Below, piece after piece: positions 37,305 through 46,590 of a stretch of 64,000 nt of DNA (within the stretch, counting starts at the first letter, position 1; every line of letters begins with the position of its first letter). The stretch lies in NCBI GenBank assembly GCA_045600045.1, contig JAZRXD010000021.1, positions 9,121-73,120 on the forward strand, written 5' to 3'. The DNA comes from Bacteroidales bacterium. Lineage in GTDB: Bacteria; Bacteroidota; Bacteroidia; Bacteroidales; UBA1715. The notes under the pieces were generated by a model, which had not been told where the DNA came from, did not search any database, and saw only the letters and a program-made list of their open reading frames with translations. A program made the translations under genes and the position numbers.

Positions 37305-37502
37305 ATGGGAAACTTTAGGTTTTGGAAACGAATAAAATTATGTTCTGGAATCTTCCTAAACATAGGGAAAAAGAGCGGTTCCGTTTCTGTTGGACCTAAG
37401 GGGCTCAAATATACAATAGGTTTAGTCGGAAGACGATTCACTATCAGCATTCCTGGTACAGGATTGTATTATACAATATTTAAATCATGGCATAAAAAGT
37501 AA
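37305..37502 (+). CDS. DUF4236-like small protein (65 aa)
   Basis: MGNFRFWKRIKLCSGIFLNIGKKSGSVSVGPKGLKYTIGLVGRRFTISIPGTGLYYT matches my memory of the DUF4236 pattern (FRFRKRIKIxPGVRLNxSKxGxSxSxGxxGxxxxxGxxGxxxxxxIPGTGL). Confidence 0.6.
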   Translation: MGNFRFWKRIKLCSGIFLNIGKKSGSVSVGPKGLKYTIGLVGRRFTISIPGTGLYYTIFKSWHKK

Positions 37503-37532
37503 AAGTACATGTGTAATTGATAATCTTAAGTT

Positions 37533-38807
37533 ATGGGAAAGAGAAATAATGATTCAGATGCAAGTTCTATTTTATTAGGAATTATTGTTCTAGTTGTTTA
37601 TTTTGCAATAGTTTTAATTCCAATATTTCTTATTATTGGTTGGATTGTAAATTTCACCTCTTATAGAAGAAATTATAAAAACAAGTTTGAGAACGGTTTT
37701 TGGTTAGACAAGAATCAAAAAAAACTATTTAAATTATTAACCGAACGTGTTGACTATTGTTACGAGCAAATACGTTTAGCAAACCAAACTGCAGATGCAG
37801 AAGGAATAGCTAGAAATAAGGACGGACAAATCTCATCAAAAAGTTACAGAGGCAAAAACTTACGCTCAATTATCGGGAAAAGCCAATGGCAAATCAACGA
37901 AGACGAACCAGAAATAGACGACTTATCCGAACAGCCACGTTCTAATTACAAAAAATATCGTAAGACATACAGTTTGATGCTTGGATGTGGTTATGCTGTG
38001 GTTTTTTATGCGGGATACTTTTTGTATTATTATGTAAACAACAATCTAGAGTCTATTTTTGCAGAAAAAGGAATTCTTGAAGGATTTATTGCTATTTCAT
38101 CCAAGATTTCTATTCAATCACTGGCAGTTTTTGTAATAATATATATAATAGGAATCATAAAATTTAGAATAAATTTCGGGGGAAAGCCACCCTTTGTTTC
38201 TATAGAAAATGTTGACACATATAAAGACCCTAACTATGTAGAAAAAGAGTCTTGGGAAATGCCTAAACCCTCTACGTCTGCGACAAATGTAAAACCACAG
38301 CGAGAATTCACAAATCCTATAGAAATACAGTTGTATTTCTGGGACGAATTACGACGACAATTGAAACAAATGGGATACCCAATAGATACCTCAGAAAATT
38401 TATCACAAAAAATAGAACAATATTACGCCAATAATGAAAATAGAGATTGGTATAAATGGTATGGATTTAGCTTTGAAATAGGGAAAAATCCAGAAGGCAA
38501 TTCTATAAAATTCTGCGTTCAAATTGACGACGTATACTTTTTTAGTTTTCCTAGATTTCAAAAAAAATATCAAGATGAAAAAATATCTCAATCTTTACAT
38601 AATATAGGATTTACCGAATGGGAAGACGAGAATCTTTTTGCTGGACGACATCCTTATCAAGAAATATCAATAGACTTTTGGAGCTTTAGAGGATTTGAAA
38701 AAATAAATTCGGATTCACAAGAAAGCAGAGAATTCATTAGCAAAATTGCAAGTCAAGTTGATTCTTATATAAAAGCTTTCAAAAAAGAATACAACCAATT
38801 ACAATAA
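37533..38807 (+). CDS. hypothetical multi-pass membrane protein (424 aa) with a C-terminal soluble domain
   Basis: TM segments ILLGIIVLVVYFAIVLIPIFLIIGWIV, LMLGCGYAVVFYAGYFLYYYV and LAVFVIIYIIGII. No family recognised. Confidence 0.65.
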   Translation: MGKRNNDSDASSILLGIIVLVVYFAIVLIPIFLIIGWIVNFTSYRRNYKNKFENGFWLDKNQKKLFKLLTERVDYCYEQIRLANQTADAEGIARNKDGQISSKSYRGKNLRSIIGKSQWQINEDEPEIDDLSEQPRSNYKKYRKTYSLMLGCGYAVVFYAGYFLYYYVNNNLESIFAEKGILEGFIAISSKISIQSLAVFVIIYIIGIIKFRINFGGKPPFVSIENVDTYKDPNYVEKESWEMPKPSTSATNVKPQREFTNPIEIQLYFWDELRRQLKQMGYPIDTSENLSQKIEQYYANNENRDWYKWYGFSFEIGKNPEGNSIKFCVQIDDVYFFSFPRFQKKYQDEKISQSLHNIGFTEWEDENLFAGRHPYQEISIDFWSFRGFEKINSDSQESREFISKIASQVDSYIKAFKKEYNQLQ

Positions 38808-38875
38808 ATTCAAAAGACACATTGCATTTTTGCTAAAGAACAAGATTATGACACAAATTGTGAAATATTACATTT

Positions 38876-39601
38876 ATGAAGACAATATTTGAAATCAATA
38901 AACAATTAGATGAGCTTTTTAAATATTGGAAATTTAAAAGCAAATATTTAGGAGATACCGAAGCTTTTGTTTCTGATGGCATTATGCGTAATACAGAAAA
39001 TGACTTCCCTTGGCATGAAAAACCCATTAGAATAGCTTTTTTAGTAAAAGATAATCCCGATGGAGAACAGGATACGCGTGACTGGCTGCAATTTAAAAAG
39101 AACCAAAATTTAAGTTTTACTTTTATTCACAAAATTGCAAATCTCTTTTATGGATTGAGTAAAGCTACGGACGCAAACGATGCATCATGGTGGTTTGGAG
39201 AAATAGAACAACATCAAGAAGATGTAAAGGATTTCTTTAACACAGAACCATTTGCTTTTATAGAATGCAAGAAACAACCTGGCAAGCAAAATATTGATGA
39301 CAAAGTATTACAAAAATATTTAATCACATATCAAAATCTGTTGTATGAAGAATTAGAAATAATTGAACCAAACATATTGGTTTGTATGGGGCAACCAATA
39401 TTTGATTTTGTAAAAAAAATATATGATGATGCGATATTAGGTGCAGATAAAAATATCTATTATGTTCCTTCTAATAAAAAAATCATAATTTATGCGGGAC
39501 ATCCAAGCGGTAGAGACAGTTATGAGAATAACTATGAGGGTGTTATGCATTGGTATAGACAATTCCTGAAATCAGATATGTATAAAGATTTTAACAAATA
39601 A
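38876..39601 (+). CDS. hypothetical protein (241 aa) with weak uracil-DNA-glycosylase-superfamily-like motif order
   Basis: IAFLVKDNPDGEQD ... ILVCMGQPIFDFV ... IIIYAGHPSGRDS resembles UDG-fold motif A / core strand / HPS motif B. This is pattern recognition only. Confidence 0.55.
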   Translation: MKTIFEINKQLDELFKYWKFKSKYLGDTEAFVSDGIMRNTENDFPWHEKPIRIAFLVKDNPDGEQDTRDWLQFKKNQNLSFTFIHKIANLFYGLSKATDANDASWWFGEIEQHQEDVKDFFNTEPFAFIECKKQPGKQNIDDKVLQKYLITYQNLLYEELEIIEPNILVCMGQPIFDFVKKIYDDAILGADKNIYYVPSNKKIIIYAGHPSGRDSYENNYEGVMHWYRQFLKSDMYKDFNK

Positions 39602-39734
39602 ACTTCCTGAAAGTGAACAAGTAGCGGCGAATCGAAAGGTTCGCTTTTTTGTTTATCTTTGTGTTTGCCGTAGCACAAGTATCATGTTTTTATTTAAAAC
39701 ATTTTGTTGCAACTAAAATTTAGTTACATTTGTC

Positions 39735-40016
39735 ATGGGAACAAAAGAGAAATTGATAAGACGATTTATGTCCAATCCGAAAGACTTTACTTTCGACGAA
39801 TTAAAACGATTGTTTGAAATATTTGGATATTCATTAGAAAACAAAGGAGGAACATCTGGTTCGCGAGTAATGTTTACTAAAGGAGAAAGTACATTTATTA
39901 TGCACAAACCACATCCCTCAAATATTATCAAACAATACATAATGAAAAACGCAATCAACTTTGTGAGAGACAATAACTTAGAAGAACAATTTAAATCTGA
40001 AAAGGAGGACGAATAA
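39735..40016 (+). CDS. hicA: type II toxin HicA (YcfA-like mRNA interferase)
   Basis: KEKLIRRFMSNPKDFTFDELKRLFEIFGYSLENKGGTSGSRVMFTKGESTFIMHKPHP. Confidence 0.8.
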   Translation: MGTKEKLIRRFMSNPKDFTFDELKRLFEIFGYSLENKGGTSGSRVMFTKGESTFIMHKPHPSNIIKQYIMKNAINFVRDNNLEEQFKSEKEDE

Positions 40017-40357
40017 TGGGAACACTTACATATAAAGATTATCTTGGGACTGTTGAATACGACAGTCAAGAAGATTGTCTTGTCGGAAAAGTATTAGGAT
40101 TGCCAAACAAAGTTGCAATAACATACGAAGGGCAGAGTCTTTCCGAAATACGAAAAGATTTTGAGGGTGCGGTTGACGATTATTTAGATTATTGCAACAA
40201 AAAAGGAATAACTCCACAAAAATCGTATAGCGGCAGTTTCAACATTAGAATTTCTTCTGACTTGCATTACAAAATAGCAATGATTGCTCAACAAAAAGGA
40301 GAGACCATCAACGCATTTGTAAAACAATGCTTAGAAAATGCCGTTAAAGTGATTTAA
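40016..40357 (+). CDS. hicB: type II antitoxin HicB
   Basis: YKDYLGTVEYDSQEDCLVGKVLGL...YEGQSLSEIRKDFEGAVDDYLDYCNKKGITPQKSYSGSFNIRISSDLH. The start overlaps the hicA stop (TAATG). Confidence 0.85.
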   Translation: MGTLTYKDYLGTVEYDSQEDCLVGKVLGLPNKVAITYEGQSLSEIRKDFEGAVDDYLDYCNKKGITPQKSYSGSFNIRISSDLHYKIAMIAQQKGETINAFVKQCLENAVKVI

Positions 40358-40454
40358 TCCATCGGATATTTCACGCCCCACTCTTTGCGCAACGCATCCA
40401 TTTGCTGCATAACCAAATGGTTTTGGCATGAGCCATTTGTGTACAAAAAGAAAA

Positions 40455-40488
40455 TAAAAAAGTCACACGTGTTTGCGTGTGACTTTTA
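40455..40488. terminator. bidirectional terminator
   Basis: aaaaaa-agtcacacg-tgtttg-cgtgtgact-ttt, between convergent hicB and the 264-aa membrane protein gene. Confidence 0.7.
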
Positions 40489-40510
40489 ACATATTAAGGA
40501 TTTTGAAGAA

Positions 40511-41305
40511 TTATTCTTTTACTTCTTCCACAGTTTCTTCAACTGCTTCTGTCGTTTCTTGAACTTCTTCTTCAATAGCTTGAGTTTCTTCAGCTTGTTC
40601 TGATTCTACAGCTTGGCTTTCTTCTTTTAATTTTTGGTCTTTCTTATAGCAGCCTTTACAAAGTTCCATTTTTCCTGCTTCTTCTGCTTGTCCAATTGAA
40701 CCAACGATTAAAGAATCTTGTGTTGAGCGGTCTAGATATTGACAATCTGCGTGAGTGTGGTATTTAGAACCTGTTGAAACCCAATAAACGTCAATGTCGG
40801 CGTTGCCATATTGTTCTTGTAATTGTTCCTGGCTTACAGGGTTGAAGTCGTAGCTTGACACACCAGCAATAGCAAATGCTACAGCAGCAACAGCTGTTGC
40901 TATTTTCTTTGTTTTTGGATCTAAATCCTTTTTAGTTAAAATGTAGATGATAACAGGAATGAATGCCAAACAAGCTACAATTACGCCCATATTGTTCCAA
41001 ATCCAGAATTTTAATTTGTTTTGTTCCGAAGCTGGATCAATGTGATTAGCTTTCTTCCACATCAATGAACCTGCAATTACAAATGCCATATCAACAACCA
41101 AAGGGATGATGATTGTCGTTAATTGACTGCCGAACCATACAAATTTGCCGGCAATAGCCATGCAACACACAACTTCCATTGCGATTGCAAGTACCCAACA
41201 TACAACTGCACCAATGCGCAATCCTGAAGCGTTACCTTCAACTTTCACTTGTCCTGAAGGAGCTTTACGTTCTCCTGCAGCCTTCACAATTTTTTTTTCT
41301 GCCAT
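40511..41305 (-). CDS. hypothetical 4-TM membrane protein with a C-terminal Cys/His motif and acidic tail
   Basis: TM-rich core, then VYWVSTGSKYHTHADCQYL...MELCKGCYKK and a glutamate-rich tail EESQAVESEQAEETQAIEEEVQETTEAVEETVEEVKE. Confidence 0.65.
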   Translation of the reverse strand: MAEKKIVKAAGERKAPSGQVKVEGNASGLRIGAVVCWVLAIAMEVVCCMAIAGKFVWFGSQLTTIIIPLVVDMAFVIAGSLMWKKANHIDPASEQNKLKFWIWNNMGVIVACLAFIPVIIYILTKKDLDPKTKKIATAVAAVAFAIAGVSSYDFNPVSQEQLQEQYGNADIDVYWVSTGSKYHTHADCQYLDRSTQDSLIVGSIGQAEEAGKMELCKGCYKKDQKLKEESQAVESEQAEETQAIEEEVQETTEAVEETVEEVKE

Positions 41306-41518
41306 AGTTTTATCATTTTAAGTTTATATTCCCAAAGATAGAAAAATACCTTTACATTATCAAATCAACTACATAAGTTATATTAACAAGTTGTCAGTCC
41401 CCAAACTGTCAGTTGTTTTGATTCCAAAGAAAATATTTTGTTGAAAAAAGACAGTAACCAATTTCTGTCATTGACGAAAAAATTGTAATTTGCGAAAAAA
41501 CTATAAAACTAAAAAATT

Positions 41519-41905
41519 ATGGGAAAATTAGATTTATCAAGTATTTGGAACACTGTGCTTACAGCAACAAAAAGTTCCGACAATGGCTCTTTGTCACAAA
41601 ATGCGCTTTCCGACATTGCACAGAATGTGATACAAGGTTTTACTAGCACAAGTTCAAAAAGCAAATCTTCAAGCATTAATTATGCTAAAATCGCAAAAGA
41701 ACTTTTATCGTTATATACTAAATATAAATCAAGTTCTGACTCAACAGAAAAACAAGCTGCACTAAATGTGAAATCCATTTCCGATATTGTAAAAGCAATT
41801 GGTGGAGACAAAGCAAGTGCGATTTCTGCGGCTGCTTCAATGCTCGGCGGAGGAAACGCTGGCGGCATTCTTGGTAAACTTGGCAGTTTATTCGGGAAAA
41901 AATAA
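41519..41905 (+). CDS. hypothetical Ser/Gly-rich small protein (128 aa)
   Basis: The ORF is followed by a good terminator. No family recognised. Confidence 0.5.
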   Translation: MGKLDLSSIWNTVLTATKSSDNGSLSQNALSDIAQNVIQGFTSTSSKSKSSSINYAKIAKELLSLYTKYKSSSDSTEKQAALNVKSISDIVKAIGGDKASAISAAASMLGGGNAGGILGKLGSLFGKK

Positions 41906-41925
41906 ATCAAAACTACTTTATAATG

Positions 41926-41960
41926 ACGCCATTCGGAATTTCTGAATGGCGTTTTCTTTT
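41926..41960 (+). terminator. rho-independent terminator
   Basis: acgccattc / gaatggcgt stem followed by TTTTCTTTT. Confidence 0.75.
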
Positions 41961-42056
41961 TACATGCATCCTTTAAGGATTGAATTCAAGAATTGCTGCA
42001 AACTATCGTGCCATTCACGTTAAATTTCATATACTTGCAATAATTCTTTGAAAACA

Positions 42057-43763
42057 ATGAAATCTCCAGAAATGAAACAACCTCGAGCGCTTATGGTGCT
42101 GTTCTTCACCGAAATGTGGGAACGGTTCAGCTACTATGGTATGCGCGCGTTGCTGGTGCTATATCTTATTCAGCAATTGTTCAATTTCGAAGGTTCCAAG
42201 ACCGTTGCCTACGGCATTTTTGCCGCCTATGGTTCGTTAGTTTACGCTTCGCCGTTTATTGGCGGGTTGATTGCCGATAAATTCCTTGGTCATCGCAAAG
42301 CCGTTATTTGGGGCGCAATTATGATGGCAATCGGACATTTCTTGATGGCGATAGAGAATGAATGGTTCCTGTATTTAGCATTGTCGTTCCTGATTATCGG
42401 CAACGGCTTTTTCAAACCAAATATGCCGACAATTTTAAGCGGATTGTACGAAGAAAAGAATGATCCACGCCGCGATGGTGGTTTCACCATCTACTATATG
42501 AGCGTGAATTTAGGTGCGTTTTTCTCCCCAATTTTATGTGGCGTGATTGGCGAAACATACGGATGGCATTATGGTTTCACTATTGCCGGTATTGGTATGA
42601 TTGCAGGACTTTTCATCTTTATAAAGTTCGGACATATTATCGACTATCACGAATCGTACAATAAAGAAACTGGTGAAAAAGAATACACCTATAAACCGCT
42701 CGGAACTGTTCCCGACGAGGAAAATCTTGCACAGAAATTCTGCGGACTTTCGAAAGAACTTTGGATTTATATTTTATGCGTCGTAAGCACGTTCGGTATA
42801 GCATTGCTGGTAAAACACTACGAAATTATGTCGTTCGTGATTTTCCCGCTTTCGCTTGCTATTTTGGCTGTGATTTTTATCATTGCAATACGCAGTACAA
42901 AAGTTGAACGTGACAGATTGTTTGTCATTCTCATTTTGCTAATGTTTATGACATTGTTCTGGACATTCTTCGAACAAGCAGGTTCGTCGCTCACATTGTA
43001 TGCAAGCGAAAACGTGAATAGGAACTTCTTCGGAACAGTTATTCCTGCTTCGTTGTTCCAGTCGGTCAATCCAATGTTTATCTTGGTTTTCGCTTCGCCG
43101 TTGTCGGTTTTGTGGATGCAATTGGCTAACAGAAAGAAAGAACCTTCAACACCCATAAAATTTTCTATTGGAATATTATTGCTCAGTATAGGATTTTTAT
43201 TGTTAGGATTGGCACCACGATTCTTGTCGTTCGAGACAATTTCCGAAGGTGGCACCATAATAAAGATTGCTGCTGTTCCTGCCATATTTTTGGTGTTGAG
43301 TTATATGTTTCAGACATTGGGAGAACTTTGTCTGTCGCCTATCGGACTTTCTATGGTGACACGTTTGGCGCCGGCAAAAATTGTCGGAATGGTTATAGGC
43401 GCATGGTATTTGTCTTCGTCTTTGGCATTTCAAATTGGTGGCTGGGTGGCAAATTCTACAACCGACGAAAGCTCATACGAAACAACCACGGCGGAGGAAT
43501 CACAGGAATTTGGCGACGACTGTGTTTCGTACGAAAAAGTATTGGCAAACGACTATTCACAACAAACATTGCGAAGTGCGGTAGAAGACAAATATGTGTC
43601 GGAAGAAACATTGCAGACAATTTCCGACGAAGAAAAAGTTTCGTTGGTGAATTTGTTCCGCTATACAAATGTCTTCCTAAATGTTGGTGTGGTTGCATTG
43701 TTCGCAAGTTTGCTTTTATTCGCCCTGTCGCCGATGATACGTAGAATGATGCACGAAGACTGA
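42057..43763 (+). CDS. proton-dependent oligopeptide transporter (POT/PTR2 family MFS)
   Basis: FFTEMWERFSYYGMRALLVLYL and GGLIADKFLGHRKAV signature motifs. The ATG at 42057 is preferred to the TTG at 42048. Confidence 0.88.
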   Translation: MKSPEMKQPRALMVLFFTEMWERFSYYGMRALLVLYLIQQLFNFEGSKTVAYGIFAAYGSLVYASPFIGGLIADKFLGHRKAVIWGAIMMAIGHFLMAIENEWFLYLALSFLIIGNGFFKPNMPTILSGLYEEKNDPRRDGGFTIYYMSVNLGAFFSPILCGVIGETYGWHYGFTIAGIGMIAGLFIFIKFGHIIDYHESYNKETGEKEYTYKPLGTVPDEENLAQKFCGLSKELWIYILCVVSTFGIALLVKHYEIMSFVIFPLSLAILAVIFIIAIRSTKVERDRLFVILILLMFMTLFWTFFEQAGSSLTLYASENVNRNFFGTVIPASLFQSVNPMFILVFASPLSVLWMQLANRKKEPSTPIKFSIGILLLSIGFLLLGLAPRFLSFETISEGGTIIKIAAVPAIFLVLSYMFQTLGELCLSPIGLSMVTRLAPAKIVGMVIGAWYLSSSLAFQIGGWVANSTTDESSYETTTAEESQEFGDDCVSYEKVLANDYSQQTLRSAVEDKYVSEETLQTISDEEKVSLVNLFRYTNVFLNVGVVALFASLLLFALSPMIRRMMHED

Positions 43764-44323
43764 TGAAAAAAATCCTGCTTCATATTTGTTGCGCGCCGTG
43801 TGGCTCGGCATCGGTAGAACGATTACTTTCGGAAGACTGGAACGTGACTTTGTATTATTATATGCCTAACATTTTCCCAAAAGAAGAATGGGAGAAAAGA
43901 AAATTTTATATTGAAAAACTAGCAAAACACTTTGGAGTTCAATTAATTGTAGGAAACTACAACCACGATTTTTGGCGTGAACAAGTTGTTGGTTTGGAAA
44001 ATGAAAAAGAAGGCGGACTTCGTTGCCACACATGTTTCAAAACATTATTACAAGCAACCAGCGAAAAGGCGAAAGAGCTTGGTTTTGAACATTTTGCAAC
44101 AACATTAACAATTAGTCCGCATAAAAATTCTGCGGTAATACAAGCCATTGGCGAACAATTTGAAGGCTACACACACTACGACTTTAAGAAAAAAGACGGA
44201 TACAAACGAAGCATAGAACTCAGCAAAGAATTGGAATTGTACCGTCAGTGCTATTGTGCGTGCGAATTTAGTATGAATAACGGTGCGTTTTTGGCAAATA
44301 AGCCGTCGAACAACTGCTTGTAA
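43763..44323 (+). CDS. queH: epoxyqueuosine reductase QueH (DUF208)
   Basis: [15 protein letters not shown]... and C-terminal ...CYCACEFS. Confidence 0.8.
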   Translation: MKKILLHICCAPCGSASVERLLSEDWNVTLYYYMPNIFPKEEWEKRKFYIEKLAKHFGVQLIVGNYNHDFWREQVVGLENEKEGGLRCHTCFKTLLQATSEKAKELGFEHFATTLTISPHKNSAVIQAIGEQFEGYTHYDFKKKDGYKRSIELSKELELYRQCYCACEFSMNNGAFLANKPSNNCL

Positions 44324-44361
44324 CAATAAATTATTGTAATTTAGCCACAAAATCGAAATTT

Positions 44362-45390
44362 ATGATAATTCGAAGTAAAGCTCCATTACGGTTAGGTTTG
44401 GCAGGCGGAGGTAGCGATGTGTCTCCTTACAGCGATATGTACGGTGGCCTTATCCTAAATGCGACAATCAATTTATATGCCCATTGTACTATAGAAGAAA
44501 CCGACTCTGATTTAATAGAAATTGTTGCGACAGATTTGAAAATATCGCAATCATATAAAGTTGAACAAATACTTCCGATAAATGGTGTATTAGATTTACA
44601 CAAAGGTGTTTATAATAGAATTATAAAAGATTTTGGCGTGAATCCACGTTCATTTCGCATAACTACATATTCTGATGCTCCGGCAGGAAGTGGTTTGGGC
44701 TCGTCTTCCACAATGGTTGTGTGTATTTTGAAAGCTTTTGCGGAATGGTTCAATTTGCCGATGGGTGATTATGAAATTGCTCGTTTGGCTTATGAAATTG
44801 AACGAATTGATATTGGGTTGAGTGGAGGAAAACAAGATCAATATGCGGCAGCTTTTGGAGGTTTCAATTTCATGGAGTTTTTGAAGGACGACCATGTTAT
44901 TGTGAATCCTCTCCGTATAAAATCTTGGATTGTAGAAGAATTGCAGGCCTCGTTGTTGTTATTTTATACAGGAGCCTCTCGCTCTTCGGCAAAAATTATT
45001 GACGAGCAACGTAAAAATACTCGCGAAAACAATAAAGCTGCTATTGAGGCAATGCATAAAATCAAACAAAGCGCAGTTGATATGAAAACGGCCATTTTGA
45101 AAGGTGATTTGCGCAGTTTTGCTTCAATTCTTGGACAAGCCTGGGAAGACAAGAAAAAAATGGCTACGTCAATCACAAATCCTATGATTCAAAAAGCGTT
45201 TGATGTTGCTTTGGAAGCTGGCGCAATTGCAGGAAAGGTTAGTGGAGCAGGCGGTGGAGGTTTCATTATGTTTGTGGTTGAGCCGACAAAACGAAAGAAT
45301 GTTGAGTTCGCACTTAAGGATTTGGAAGGTTCTGTTGTGGAATTCCAATTCAGCGACCATGGAACTCAAAGTTGGAAAATCTTCAATTAA
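44362..45390 (+). CDS. GHMP-family sugar kinase (HddA-like heptose-7-phosphate/sugar-1-kinase)
   Basis: [17 protein letters not shown] and [14 protein letters not shown] motifs. Confidence 0.8.
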   Translation: MIIRSKAPLRLGLAGGGSDVSPYSDMYGGLILNATINLYAHCTIEETDSDLIEIVATDLKISQSYKVEQILPINGVLDLHKGVYNRIIKDFGVNPRSFRITTYSDAPAGSGLGSSSTMVVCILKAFAEWFNLPMGDYEIARLAYEIERIDIGLSGGKQDQYAAAFGGFNFMEFLKDDHVIVNPLRIKSWIVEELQASLLLFYTGASRSSAKIIDEQRKNTRENNKAAIEAMHKIKQSAVDMKTAILKGDLRSFASILGQAWEDKKKMATSITNPMIQKAFDVALEAGAIAGKVSGAGGGGFIMFVVEPTKRKNVEFALKDLEGSVVEFQFSDHGTQSWKIFN

Positions 45391-45393
45391 ATT

Positions 45394-46098
45394 ATGGATG
45401 CCATTATTTTAGCGGGAGGTCTTGGCACACGTTTACGTTCGGTTGTGAGTGAATTGCCGAAGTGTATGGCTCCGGTTTGTGGTGAACCGTTTTTGTCGTA
45501 TTTGCTAAAATATTTGTCGAAATATTCGGAAATAGATAATGTTATTCTTTCTGTTGGTTATTTGCGAGAATCGATTTTTTTGTGGATTGATGAACACAAA
45601 ATGGAATACCCTTTTTCAATAACCTATGCGGTTGAAGAAACACCGTTAGGAACAGGTGGTGGTATTAAATTGGCAATGAAGCAAATGAAATCAAACGAAG
45701 TTATTATTGTGAATGGCGATACTTTTTTTGATGTTGATATTCATGATTTTTTGAAAATGAGCAGATTATCATCCGCTACTTTAAATGTTGCTTTAAAATA
45801 TTTGCACGATTTCGACAGATATGGTTCAGTTGATGTTGATGTCTCGAATACGATAATTGCTTTTAATGAGAAAAAACATTGCGATGACGGACTAATCAAT
45901 GGGGGAATTTATTATGCTGATATGCGTAGGTTTCCTTTGGAAATAATTCCCGACTGTGGCTCGTTTGAAAAAGAAGTGCTTGAAAAAGAAGCTGTAAAAA
46001 AACATTTGCAAGGATATATTAGCGATGGCTATTTTATTGATATTGGAATTCCCGAAGATTATGATAAAGCAAATGTTGAATTGAAATCAAGAATTTGA
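45394..46098 (+). CDS. sugar-1-phosphate nucleotidylyltransferase (HddC-like)
   Basis: MDAIILAGGLGTRLRS...LPKCMAPV. Confidence 0.8.
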   Translation: MDAIILAGGLGTRLRSVVSELPKCMAPVCGEPFLSYLLKYLSKYSEIDNVILSVGYLRESIFLWIDEHKMEYPFSITYAVEETPLGTGGGIKLAMKQMKSNEVIIVNGDTFFDVDIHDFLKMSRLSSATLNVALKYLHDFDRYGSVDVDVSNTIIAFNEKKHCDDGLINGGIYYADMRRFPLEIIPDCGSFEKEVLEKEAVKKHLQGYISDGYFIDIGIPEDYDKANVELKSRI

Positions 46099-46116
46099 TT
46101 GATTTTCAATATGTAA

Positions 46117-46590
46117 CTACAATTTTATTCTCCAAAATCTGTTTGTGATATCTGTCATGTTTCCATTCTCGCTGATGGAAAATAACTTTTGATTTGTCGT
46201 TGGTTTGTTCAACGGACCGTTTTCGGCTTGGAAAGGACCTAATTTAATGTAATCGAAATTGTTGAGGTTGATAGTTTCCGATAATTGCGGTTTCCCAGAA
46301 TACCAAGCAGTTTTGATGTTCGAAAAGTTTTTTTTGATAAATGTTGCAAGTTTATCAACGGCGTTTGGCTCTCTGTCGCCACCCATAAAACATACGCATG
46401 TAATGTCGTAGTTGTATTTTTGTACGAGTTTTGAAAGTTCGTTTTCATCAAGAGGCATACCTATGTCCTCCTGTAAATGAGGACTATGACAACCAACACA
46501 ACGATTCGGACAATTCGTTATGTTGATTGCAAGTGTGACCTCGTCTGGAATTTCGGCAAAAACAATATCGAAATTGTAATACTTGAGCAT
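46117..46590 (-). CDS. nrdG: anaerobic ribonucleoside-triphosphate reductase activating protein
   Basis: Radical-SAM cluster CPNRCVGCHSP. Overlaps the nrdD stop by 1 nt. Confidence 0.88.
   Translation of the reverse strand: MLKYYNFDIVFAEIPDEVTLAINITNCPNRCVGCHSPHLQEDIGMPLDENELSKLVQKYNYDITCVCFMGGDREPNAVDKLATFIKKNFSNIKTAWYSGKPQLSETINLNNFDYIKLGPFQAENGPLNKPTTNQKLFSISENGNMTDITNRFWRIKL

Noticed and set aside
37305-38807. DUF4236 ORF and the 424-aa ORF as one gene split by a nonsense mutation (they share a reading frame)
   Set aside because: The 30-nt spacer contains four in-frame stops (TAA, TGA, TAA, TAA), so it is not a recent single mutation. Sharing a frame has a 1-in-3 chance.
39725-39732. 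TACATTTG -7 box as the hicAB promoter
   Set aside because: It ends only 2 nt before the hicA ATG, so the TSS would fall inside the codon. The full N-terminus (KEKLIRRF...PKDFTFDEL) looks genuine, so this is probably coincidence.
39713-40069. 118-aa ORF antisense to hicA
   Set aside because: It overlaps a well-supported HicA frame and has no motifs.
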